Positions 35,501 through 45,419 of a stretch of DNA of 64,000 nucleotides are shown here, piece after piece. A program made the position numbers and the translations under genes. Numbering within the stretch: position 1 is the first letter of the stretch; every line of letters begins with the position of its first letter. The stretch covers positions 6,758,001 through 6,822,000 of the forward strand of contig NC_043003.1 of the NCBI RefSeq assembly GCF_006345805.1, read 5' to 3'. This DNA comes from Octopus sinensis (Eukaryota). The notes under the pieces were generated by a model, which worked only from the letters and a program-made list of their open reading frames with translations, did no database searches and had not been told where the DNA came from.

Positions 35501-38500
35501 CAGTATCCAAGTAAAGTAATATTTCCCTATGTCCAGACTGGAAATGAACAACATTGCTTTGCTGATGGTCATCAAGTAATGTCAAGACAGGAGCATACAT
35601 ACACATATGGTGGGCTTCTTCCAGTTTCCATCCACCAAATTTACTCACAAGGATATACATATATATGTTTATAAATTAATATACTGGTAGTTGTTTACAC
35701 ATCTCAGTATGTGTGTGTGTGTGTGTATATATATATATAACCACGGAGTGGTTGGCGTTAGGAAGGGCATCCAGCCGTAGAAACACTGCCAGATCAGACT
35801 GGGCCTGATGCAGCCTTCTGGCTTCCCAGACCCCAGTTGAACCATCCAACCCATGCTGGCATGGAAAGCAGACGCTAAATGATGATGATGATGATGATAT
35901 ATATAATGGGAAGGTTTACGAAAATAAACAAAAGACGAAGACAGGTGGAGTACAAACAAACAAATGTATTAGTATAGCGCTCAGGAATGGAAAAAGTCTT
36001 TTACGTTTCGAGCCTTCACTCTTCTACAGAAAGGAACACAGAAAGAAACAAGGAGAGAAAAAAATGTGTGTAGGTGCTAAAGATCTATCATGGCATCCTA
36101 TATATATATATAGGTATTAGAGGTATTGGTATCCAGAAGACCCAAGGTGGCAGCTAACAAACATGTAAGTGCCGTAATTAACCATCTATTTAACCATCTC
36201 ACATCGTCTCTGATGAAGGGATATCCCTAATATCCCAGAAACAGCTGTAAGACTAACTTTCTCTTTATAAATGTCCTGAAAATTCCACACAGCCTTGGCT
36301 TTGTTGCTTTATTTAACACACACACACACACACACACATATATGAGACAAGTGAAAAATAATGGTCATTACATATAAATTCCTTTATTAGAGCAAATTTG
36401 GCTTACAGTTGTTTCCAGTAGTCATTACAGGTACATTATTATTATTATGCTTACTTAACTGGTCTATTGATCAATGAAGATAAATTGGATGACCTCAGAA
36501 AATTACTGCTACTTTATTCAAAGCCAATAGCAGCAATTTTCTTGGGTCATTCAATTTACATCAGTTGATCAATAGACCAATTGTGGAAACATATTAATAA
36601 TGTATATGTAATCATCATCATCATTGTTCAATGTCTGCTTTCCATGCTAGCATGGGTTGGACGATTTTGACTGAGGGCTGGCGAACCAGATGGCTGCACC
36701 AGGCTCCATCTTGATCTGGCAGAGTTTCTACAGCTGGATGCCCTTCCTAACGCCAACCACTCCAAGAGTGCAGTGGGTGCTTTTACGTACCAACAGCACA
36801 GAGGTCAAATAGCCGCTCTGGCAATGATCACACTCAGATGGTGCTCTTAATACCCTACTAGCACGGGGCTCGACTACTAAAAACAGTTGTAAGCCAAATT
36901 TGCTCTAATAAAGGAATCATGTGTAATGACCATTTTTTTAAACTTGTCTCTTATATATATCACTCTGTAAAAACCAGTTTTGTCTGAAGCCCATCCATGG
37001 ATTTACAATAAAGAATTGTGATGAACCATAACTTGGGACCCTACCAAAAGATTACTTTTTAGTTCTTCACTAACCTAAGTAATTTTGTTAACCTGGTGTG
37101 CCTCTGTTTGTATCTTTTATCAGGTCCAGAAATTACTTCTGCTCTCACCTTACCTGTTTGTTGATGTCTTCTATGTACATGAACCTCCATCAGAAGACAA
37201 TTGCTGTGAGGTAAGTCTGTTTATCTTTCCACTTCACCACCATCACAACTCTTTATAACAACAAAGCCTTCTTGACTGAGGGCTGGCAAGCCAGAAGGCT
37301 GCACCAGCCTCCAGTCTGATCTGGCAAGGTTTCTACAGCTGGATGTCCATCCTAATACCAAACACTCCAAGAGTTTTGTGGGTGCTTTTTACATGCCGCT
37401 GGCACAAAGGCCAGTCAGGCGGCAGTGGCATCAACCACGCTTGAATGGTGCTTTTTATGCGCCACCAGCATGGGAGCCAGTCAGGCAGTACTGGCATTGG
37501 CCATGGCAATGATTTCACTTGACTCAACGAGTCTTGTCAAGCACAGTTCATTGCCCAATGATTGAAGGGTACTCTTAAATGGGCCGGTTATGCTACACTG
37601 GCATAAACCATGGTTATGGTCTCACTTGGCTTGCCAGGTCTTCTCAAGCACAGCATATTTCCAAAGGTCTTGGTCGCTCATCATTGCTTCTGTGAATCCC
37701 AACGCTTGAAGATTGTGCTTCACCACCTCATCCCAGGTCTTCCTGGGTCTACCTGGGTGTGACACTTTTTCGCACAGCTGTCCTCATTCATTCACAACAC
37801 ATGACCATATCAGCACAGTTATCTCTCTTGCACACCACATCTGATGCTTCTTATGTCCAACTTTTCTCTCAGAGTGCTTACACTCTGTCGTATATGCACA
37901 CTGACATTACACGTCCACCAGAGCATACTGGCTTCATTTCTTGCAAGCTTACGCATGTCCTCAACAGTCACAGCCCATGTTTCACTACTGTGTAGCATGG
38001 CTGTTCGCACACGTGTCATACAGTCTACCTTTCATTCTGAGCAAGAGGCCCTTTGTTACCAGCAGAGGTAGGAGCTCTCAGAACTTTACCCAGGCTATTC
38101 TTATTCTGGCAGCTATGCTCTCAAAGCATCCACCCAGCTACTGACTTTGTCACCTAGGTAATGGAAACTATCAACTACTTCTAGTTTTTTCCCCTGGCAT
38201 GTGACGGAAGCTGTTTTCTGCACACCTTCAGTGTTTATTGCACCTGTGCATCTGACACACACAAAAACCATCCTCCCAATTAACCTTCCTTTGATATTGC
38301 TGCACCTTTTATGCGTCCATAACTTACACCAGGAGTTTCTACCTACACCTTTTCTACAGATTGAGCAGGGCCATCTACCTGAAGGGATTTGTGATTTGTC
38401 TGCCTTTCTACTTACTAAGATTTTGGTTTTTTGCTAGATTGACTCTAAGGTCCTTCAATTTTAGACCTTGCTTCCACACCTGAAACTTCATCTCTAGTTC

Positions 38501-38999
38501 TGGTAGTGACTTACCTCTTAGGAGCATCCTGTCTTGAATTCCTCTGTTACTGCCTGGAGGACTATGATAAATAAGAGTGGGCTGAGGACTGATCCTTGGT
38601 GAACCCCTACCCGGAATTCTTTACTATACTTGTTGCCAACCCTCACCTTACTGACAGCGTCCCTGTACATGGCTTGTACAGCTCTCACCAACTATTTGTC
38701 TCTCTCTAGTTTCTGCATTGACAACCAGATATGGGATTGGGGGACCCCTGTCAAAGATGGTGGTAGTTGTCATGATGGTGATTTCATTTTCCTTTCTTAA
38801 TGAGTTTGTTTTTTCCTTTCAGCAAATCTTTGACCAACTTTGTTCACTTGATGTCAAAGGCCAGTCCTACATTTTTGAAGTGTCAAAGAATTTGACTAAA
38901 TTATACGACAGTATGGCCCAGCTGTTGGCTCACCCATTACAGAGACCTTTGCAGAGAGATTCCTCACATAGGATCAGAGCCAACATGGAGGAAGGGTGA
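23271..38999 (+). CDS. BABAM1: BRISC and BRCA1-A complex member 1 (MERIT40/NBA1); join(23271..23669,27443..27501,29206..29326,31685..31791,33824..33938,37124..37210,38823..38999), 354 aa
   Basis: All introns GT-AG with matching phases; total 1065 nt. VNCPEKLVLCLDLSSEM, FTNDPRE, PPPYIVRIILIF, PYLFVDVFYVH and QLLAHPLQRP match MERIT40 motifs. AATAAA at 39051. Confidence 0.95.
23880..24305. mobile_element. GGTACTAC-family MITE (8-bp TSD) containing a nested MITE (24018-24187)
   Basis: Outer TSD ggtgtagt/ggcgtagt; inner TIR ggcga..cttcggtata / tataccgaagttacgcc with TSD ataatttt on both sides. Confidence 0.82.
24821..25212 (-). mobile_element. tRNA-derived SINE, family A
   Basis: Near-identical to 8169-8557. 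Confidence 0.85.
25410..25965 (-). mobile_element. RTE LINE 3' end
   Basis: (ATC)n tail, 3' UTR and end of ORF. Confidence 0.8.
27443..27501 (+). CDS. BABAM1: BABAM1 coding exon 2 (VLCLDLSSEMERMKFLSRAG)
   Basis: Polypyrimidine tract and cag acceptor, gtaagt donor, phase 0 to 2. Confidence 0.93.
28328..28625 (-). mobile_element. RTE 3' UTR fragment
   Basis: Same 3' UTR motif set. Confidence 0.75.
29206..29326 (+). CDS. BABAM1: BABAM1 coding exon 3 (DRFSTLQLVKRTIGLFVQSKHRLDNHHRFAFVTLHDTATW)
   Basis: ttcag acceptor, gtatgt donor, phase 2 to 0. Confidence 0.93.
29674..29755 (-). ncRNA. Type I hammerhead ribozyme candidate with canonical core and extended stem II
   Basis: CUUUC-CUGAUGA-GAAGAUUGCAU...AUGCUGUCUUU-GAA-ACAUAUAU-C-GAAAG: perfect 5-bp stem I; homolog at 61968-62055. 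Confidence 0.7.
30150..31400 (+). mobile_element. Cluster of RTE fragments (~30150-30490 and ~30930-31400)
   Basis: RTE ORF piece (MLHSSETWA) fused to 3' UTR; (GAT)n tails near 30480 and 31385. Confidence 0.7.
31685..31791 (+). CDS. BABAM1: BABAM1 coding exon 4 (YHSFTNDPREISNLLENLDETYKCSNLDVGSVLKTI)
   Basis: ttag acceptor, gtaagt donor, phase 0 to 2. Confidence 0.92.
32226..33660 (+). mobile_element. Decayed mariner transposase, interrupted by an RTE 3' UTR (~33000-33400)
   Basis: TQDECCLHHFEPKTKRQSM, KKAKVISSAGKVTASV, YLQKGHTVNGLYYANLL and SPSSPDLAPSDYHLFP are mariner D,D34D-type motifs; frameshifted. Confidence 0.85.
33824..33938 (+). CDS. BABAM1: BABAM1 coding exon 5 (LRNCELPIMEDPTLPPPYIVRIILIFGRSQSKLDICEE)
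   Basis: tttcag acceptor, gtaaag donor, phase 2 to 0. Confidence 0.93.
34085..34520 (+). mobile_element. RTE 3' UTR fragment
   Basis: Matches 49930-50512; (GAT)n tail ~34510. Confidence 0.78.
35139..35367 (-). mobile_element. SINE family B
   Basis: Full-length match to 53252-53483. Confidence 0.8.
35903..36097 (-). mobile_element. ~200-bp element carrying a hammerhead-like motif (35998-36033), next to (TA)n
   Basis: Homologous to 60855-61050; CUUU-CUGUAGA-A-GAGU(GAAG)GCUC-GAA-ACGU-A-AAAG. Confidence 0.6.
36206..36253 (+). ncRNA. Type I hammerhead ribozyme candidate
   Basis: GUCU-CUGAUGA-A-GGGAUAU(CCCUA)AUAUCCC-A-GAA-ACAGCUGU-A-AGAC: stems I and II pair, stem III palindromic; A/A mismatch at the base of stem II. 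Confidence 0.62.
36341..36953. mobile_element. Long-TIR MITE with an internal hairpin and an inserted RTE tail
   Basis: ~70-bp inverted ends (atgagacaag...ggcttacagttgttt / aaacagttgtaagcc...cttgtctc); hairpin 36461-36578; RTE 3' UTR ~36613-36875. Confidence 0.65.
37124..37210 (+). CDS. BABAM1: BABAM1 coding exon 6 (VQKLLLLSPYLFVDVFYVHEPPSEDNCCE)
   Basis: atcag acceptor, gtaagt donor, 87 nt, phase 0 to 0. Confidence 0.92.
37270..38710 (-). mobile_element. Decayed RTE LINE 3' half
   Basis: RVRTAMLHSSETWAVTVEDMRKLARNEASMLWW matches the RTE ORF; 3' UTR at the left end. Confidence 0.85.
38823..38999 (+). CDS. BABAM1: BABAM1 last coding exon (QIFDQLCSLDVKGQSYIFEV...LLAHPLQRP...EEG*)
   Basis: ttttcctttcag acceptor; TGA at 38997-38999. 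Confidence 0.94.
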   Translation, partial: QIFDQLCSLDVKGQSYIFEVSKNLTKLYDSMAQLLAHPLQRPLQRDSSHRIRANMEEG

Positions 39000-40699
39000 A
39001 GAGGTTTTAGCATAAGGAAAAAAAAAACAAAAAATCTTCATTTTTCATGAAATAAAAAAAAAATATATGTCTGATTTTTAAATGGTCTGCTTGTTAAATT
39101 ATCTGCTAAATAGTCTGATTGTTATGTAGTTTGAATGGTTCCCTTGTTGTAGCTCAGTTTTAGATATATTTTGAAATATAAACCATCAGCTGTGTATCTT
39201 AGTCATCCCTTTGTACATCCTCAGCCTGGAGACGTTCTGTTAATTACAAATATTTTGTTATGTTTTACAGTCCAGAAATAATAAAAACTAACAATATTTA
39301 TTAAAGATTTATTCAAGTTTTGTGTGTCTAACAAAGTTAGTGAAATCTAATCACATTGTCACCAGTCTGTGTCTTAATATTCTGTGTTGAGTCCTTGAGC
39401 AAGGTACTTGACTCTACAAGCTTTACTGAACAAGGGAAAACATGTAACAAATAGGTTCCACTACATAGGTCAGAGTGAAGGAACGTCCAGGAACACTTGC
39501 TTCAGCATCTAAATGGATGGTGTTGAATGCATGATAAAAACGTGGCCAGAATACTGTGTAAAAGGATTGATGATAGGAAGGACATTGAAGCCAAGTCAAA
39601 ATTAAATTATTTGAGGGAGTCGTGGTCCCCCAACTTATGGTAGGGATTCTGAGTAACAACCAACTCAGGCTATCATAACTCCTCTAACTCTTGCCAGCAT
39701 GGAGTGTCAGCGTTAATAGTTAGGGAAATTTACACTGAAATGGGTTAGTAAACAAAAAGGCCAGCTCCTATGACCCCATTTTAGGCCCTTCAAGACAGAG
39801 ACCTGGCCTAAAAGCTTGTAAGAAAGGTCTCCAAGGTCTAGGTCAGTGATTCCCAACTTATTTTTGGCCATGCCCTACAGAATCATTTCTAAAATCCTGA
39901 TGCCCCCTTGTGATATTTAATTTTTGATATTCAAAATTTGGTTAATCATCATCATCGTCGTTTAACGTCCGTTCTCCATGCTAGCATGGGTTGTTTACAA
40001 TATTACCTGGAAACAAAATTTTTAAAAAATAGTGCAACAGATGTAAAAAAAATGTGTAGGAAAAGCATTTGTAATTAAATTACCTACATGTTTTTTCACA
40101 TACCACTAAATTGAAGGAAATAATCTATTGCCACTTTAGTGACATCAGATCTCGAATAATGGTGGAATATGATGGAAAAGGACTGGTGTCTCTAAAGTGT
40201 CCAAAAATTTAATAAAATTGTCCACAGAAGGGTTGTAAAGAATTTAAAAAAACAAAATCTCATTCTCGAATTGCCCCCTTTCTCTATTGGTATACTAAAC
40301 ATTGTGTACAAAAGGTATAAATTCAACATAACCCTATGCACGCCTCACCAAAATATTACTATGCCCCCACCTGTGGGGCTTGTGCACCACATTGGGAATC
40401 ATGGGTCTAGATTTAGATAAAGCAACTTCACCATCATCATCATCATTTAACGTCTGTCTTCCATGCTAGCATGGGTTGGAAGGTTCGACCGGGGTCTGGT
40501 AAGCCATGGGGTCTGCACCAGGCTCCAGTCTGATTTGGCAGTGTTTCTACAGCTGGATGCCCTTCCTAACACCAACCACCCTGTGAGTGTAGTGGGTGCT
40601 TTTTATGTGCCACAGCAGGCTGGCTAATGGCCACGATCAGTTGTTGCTTTTACGTGTCACCGACACGGACGCCAGACAGGGCGCCTGTCTGGCTGCTAA

Positions 40700-41400
40700 T
40701 TTACAAGTCAACATCTGTGCAACATTAAGTGGAAAAGTAAAACACAGACTGAAGTGTTTGCAAGAGCTGGATGCACAAGCAATCACTCACTCATCATATC
40801 TATTCAGATGTGTTGGGCAGGCTATGTTGTGTGTATATAGAAAGTATATAGGATTCCGAAGCAGCTGTTTCCGTGGTGAGCTGTACAACTGAAAGGTGTC
40901 AGCAGAAAGCACAAAAACTGAATAAAAAGCAACCTGAAGGAAGTGCAAATTGAAATGAAAACCTGGAAGGAGCTGAGTGGAACAAACTTACAATGGAAGG
41001 TTATAAAAGTTTTGAAGGGGTTTTGCATTGAGCAATGAAAGCCTAAAAGTTAGGCTTCAGATAGGTTGTCATCAGAACCTCAAGAAGAACATAAAATCTT
41101 ACAAGTGTGAAATGTGTGGCTGGGGGTAACTCAACCAGCTGAAATCCCAACAAAGATCAATTGTAAGAGCAAGGATTTGACATGTGTAGTGTGAGAAAGG
41201 GGCTTCCAAGTCAATTTTTGGCTTCACAAGAGATACGAAGGTTCTCAAAGATCACACGTCACAAAAGTGATCTGATCAATCAAGTGGAAATTACAACCTT
41301 TGTCTGTCACCTTTGCTTCAAACCACATAGATCTGCAGTAGAACTGAACCATCATCTGAAAAGTCATAAATATAAAAGCTCAGAGATTGCAATCATTTGT
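40700..41400 (+). mobile_element. Very old RTE-like LINE 3' remnant
   Basis: Fragmentary frames with terminal zinc-finger-like FVCHLCFKPHRSAVELNHHLKSH; many stops. Confidence 0.45.
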
Positions 41401-41779
41401 AAAGATGGAGCGATCACCTTATGTATATGTAGCCGAAATTGCGAGGATGATCCGGTTCTTGACTGAAGATTAACCCTTTTGTTACTGTATTTATTTTGAG
41501 ATGCTCTGTGTTTCTTTCAATTACTTTAAATATAATAAAGAATTTAGTAAAATAACTTAGTTATCATTAAGCTAGTGTTAGGAACATAAATTGTGACTCA
41601 GGTTTGGTGGAAGATTTTAATTCAAAACTTATGAAAATAAGACATTTGAACTCAGAGCCAGAGCCGGTTTTGGCCGGGTTGGTAAAGAAAGGGTTAAAGG
41701 CTTTGAATGTCTCGTCCGGGTTTTTTGTATCGTCTTCTAAATGTTTTGCATTCTTGTCCCAGTTTGTATTTTTTTTACA

Positions 41780-42760
41780 TATATATATGTCTACAAACAC
41801 AACGCAAAGAGGCAAATTGTACTCATTCGATTGTTGCATTTGTAGACTATGAGAAGGCCTTCGACAGCGTTGAAACCAACGCAGTGCTGAACTCGCTGCA
41901 GAGGCCAGGAGTCGAGGCGCAATATGTGTAACTGCTCAGGGAGGCAAATTCCGGATACACCACTGACATAGCTCTGCTGTCATCACCCGTATGAGTGCCG
42001 GTCGTAATCATTGCTGAAACCACAGATCAGCTTCAGACCATGCTGACGGAACTCGACATCAAAAGTTCTGCAGTAGGTCTCAAGATGAACCACATGAAAA
42101 CAAAGTTCATGCGGTCAGACAATGTACCAACAGGTCAAATGGTGATTGACAGTGATGAAATAGAGGAGGTAAAGGAATATGTCTACCTGGGGACAGGAAG
42201 TGAATATATGCCAAGATATCGAAAAGGAGATCTCACGGAGAGTAAGGGCCGGATGGAAGGCATTTAATGGCATAAGGAATGTGCTCAAGGGAAGGTTGGA
42301 CAGGACTACCCATGCCAACCTCATCAACAGCACAGTTCTACTTGCAATGTTATATGGTAGTAAAACATGGGCTTCAACAAAGAGAGAAGAGCAGAGACTG
42401 GTAACGGCTCAAAAAGCCATGGAAAGCTTGGAATCTCGTTGAGAGAGCACATCAGTAGCGAGATCATCAGAGAGAAGTCCAGCGTGAGGGATGTCATCGC
42501 AGAGTATACACGCAGCAAGTTTAGATGGGCTGGACACGTCGCCCGGCTCCCCAATAATCGGTGAACCCACGCAGTTGTCGAGTGGAACTTGTGCGAGCAG
42601 AAAAAACCACCCGGAAGACCTCCACGACGGTGGAGTTATGATTTCAGGAGGACGATTGGGATCACGTGGATGAGAAAGGCGCGATCCAGAGAGGAGTGGA
42701 CAACGTGCTGTGACCAGCGGTGTCAAAGGGACGCCCGACGGACAGGTCAATCAAGGTGAT
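41780..42760 (+). mobile_element. Second RTE family fragment (RTE-1-like), internally deleted
   Basis: AFVDYEKAFDSVETNAVL, EVKEYVYLG, EISRRVRAGWKAF, AMLYGSKTW, FRWAGHVARLPNNR, PPGRPPRRW; clearly different from the dominant RTE and without its Cys-rich insert. Confidence 0.85.
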
Positions 42761-43477
42761 ATATATATATGTGTGCGTGCTATAAACTATACATACATAT
42801 GTTTATAGATTGATAGAAATAGCAAGACAACGAAAGAATGAAAGATACCTCGATATCATGTAAATAGAAGAATTTCTATGTAAATATATGTGACAATTAT
42901 TCGGTAGCCATGATAAAACTCCGAGTTTCGGATATCGGGCGGAAACCCATGTTGGCATTAGGAAGGGCATCCAGCTGTAGAAACTCTGCCAGATCAAAAT
43001 TGAAGCCTGGTGCAGCCATCTGGTTCACCAGTCCTCGGTCAGATCGTCCAATCCATGCTAACATGGAAAGTGGATGTTAAACAATGATGATCATCATTAT
43101 GTATATACATATATATATATATCAACATTTGGCAGACTCTCCTCCCATTCATTCTCCACATTCAGCAGTCTTTCCATCTCATCTTATGGAGTTTCTACCT
43201 ACCCATTTTCTACAGATCGAGCAAGGTCATCTACCTGAAGGGATTTGTGCTTTGTCTGCCTTCCTATTTACTAAGACTGGTTTTCGTTCGATTAATTCTA
43301 AGGCCCCTTATGTTAAATCATGTCACTCACAACACTTCTACTGAATCAAGCCCTGAGACCTGAGGCCCTAACAGCAACTCACAGACTATCTCTAGAAGGT
43401 TGTTTGATCACGCTATAAACAGCTAAACATAAAAAAAAAAGAAAAGTAAATTTAACAATCAAAACCAATTAACTTAC

Positions 43478-43593
43478 CCATCTCCGACCCCCGTATTGAA
43501 TTTTCGGAGCATTGATTACTCTTCCTTTGACCTCCACCATTTTTGTACTGACACTGACACCAAATTGATAAAGATAAGGATCGCCACAGAAAT
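43478..43593 (-). pseudogene. Orphan Argonaute (AGO clade) exon, linker-2 region
   Basis: DFCGDPYLYQFGVSVSTKMVEVKGRVINAPKIQYGGR aligns with the AGO motif FxxDPYxxxFGxxVxxxMxEVxGRVLxxPKxxYGGR; gtaagt donor at 43477; polypyrimidine tract ends in GCG, not CAG; no other AGO exons found. Confidence 0.72.
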
Positions 43594-43786
43594 CGCAAGA
43601 AAGAAAAGAATGTCTCAATGCCACAAATGGTAAGTTACGTGAGAGATTTCAGTAATACAGTCATACACTCAGTGTGACTCTAATACAGGCTGGTATTGCT
43701 CAGCGTAGACCGGCTCAGCTTCAAAAGATGTCAAATAGTGTTCCACTGATGACCATTGCAATTTTTTTACTTCATCGGGAACCACA

Positions 43787-44125
43787 TCATCATCATCATC
43801 ATCATTTAACGTCTGTTTTCCATGCTAGCATGGGTTGGATGATTTGACCGAGGACTGGTGAACCAGATGGCTGCATCAGGCTTCAATCTTGATCTGGCAG
43901 AGTTTCTACAGCTGGATGCCCTTCCTAACGCCAACCACTCCATGAGTGTAGTGGATGCTTTTTACGTGCCAGGGGAGGCTGGCAGCGGCCATGATCGGTT
44001 GGTGGTTTTTACATGCCACCGGCACGGAAGCCAGTCAAGGCGGCGCTGGCATCGGCCACGTACAGATGATGCTTTTTACGTGCCACCGGCACAGGTGCCG
44101 GGGGAGGTTGGCAACGGCCACATTG
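43787..44125 (-). mobile_element. RTE 3' UTR fragment
   Basis: (ATC)n tail and 3' UTR motifs. Confidence 0.75.
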
Positions 44126-45180
44126 TTCATTATTTGCTTCTTTATTCAAAGTAGTAGAGGTGGTAATGAATATATTATTTCTAATCAGAACACGTGGTAA
44201 TAGAACAGACAAATGAACATCTTTGCAAAACAGAAACAGCAAAGTTCAAATCCTGGCCCATTTTTTCTTCCAAATACTCCTCACCTGAGGAAATATTATT
44301 TGTCAATTGGTCTGCATTATGTATTACGTAGCCAAGGTCGACTTTACCTTTCATCCTTTCGGGGTTGATAAATTAAGTACCAGTTATGCACTGGGGTTGA
44401 TATAATCAACTTAATCCATTTGTCTGTCCTTGTTTGTCCTCTCTGTGTTTAGCCCCTTATGGGTAGTAAAGAAACAGGTAGCTTGCAGTCCTAGCTGTAT
44501 CTCTAAATAATCTATATTTAATGAGTACATTGATATGGGCCTGTTGTTTTCTTAACACCTGTTATTGTAGTATCTGATAAAATATTATCTCTATTGCTTT
44601 ACGCATATAAACCTGAAATTATTATTTATTTTACACACACACACATGGAATGACTGTTTAAATTACTTGTACACTAAAACTTACCCCTCATTTTAAACAC
44701 ACAGCTAAACCTGTTCATGTCTTAGACTAAAACTCATTCTTTGCTTTACACAGAAATTTTGACTTTTCAAAAGATTTAAAGCAACTTTAAGACAGAGAGT
44801 GAAGAGAGGTTAATCTGGATGATGACACTTCCTGATAATTAAAATTAATTGCTAATCAATGAAATGGTGCTTGTAAAAATCTATGTGTACTTATCTTCAA
44901 CAATGTTTCCATAACTGGGTCCAGACTCTGCTAAATAACAAAAATCTTGAAAGCTCAGCCAGTTCCAACTAGAAAATAAGTCATTGCTGTCATTGTCATC
45001 GTCATCATTTAACATCTGCTTTCCATGCTGGCATGGGTTGGACAGTTTGACCAGGGCTGGTAAGCTGAGGGGCTGCACCAGACCCCAGTTTGATTTGGCA
45101 TAGTTTTCTACAGCTGGATGCCCTTCCTAATGCCAACAAGTCTGAGAGTGCAATGGAAACTTTTACGTGACACCAGTATC

Positions 45181-45414
45181 TTATTTCTTTATTACCCACA
45201 AGGGGCTAAACATGGAGAGGACAAATAAGGACAGACAAAGGGATTAAGTCGATTACATCGACCCCAGTGCATAACTGGCACTTAATTTATCGACCCCGAA
45301 GGGATGAAAGGCAAAGTCAACCTCAGCGGAATTTGAACTCAGAACGTGTCAGCAGACGAAATGCCGGTAAGCATTTTGCCCATAATGCTAATTATTCTGC
45401 CAGCTCATCGCCTT
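45181..45414 (-). mobile_element. SINE family B
   Basis: Full-length match to 53252-53483. Confidence 0.8.
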
Positions 45415-45419
45415 CAATG

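Noticed and set aside
44180-44286. Minus frame EEYLEEKMGQDLNFAVSVLQ faintly like an Argonaute PAZ segment
   Set aside because: Similarity is marginal and a stop follows; cannot be told from chance.
44891-44968. Possible minus-strand exon WNWLSFQDFCYLAESGPSYGNIVEDK
   Set aside because: Weak donor (gtacac), no recognisable homology, not Argonaute-like.
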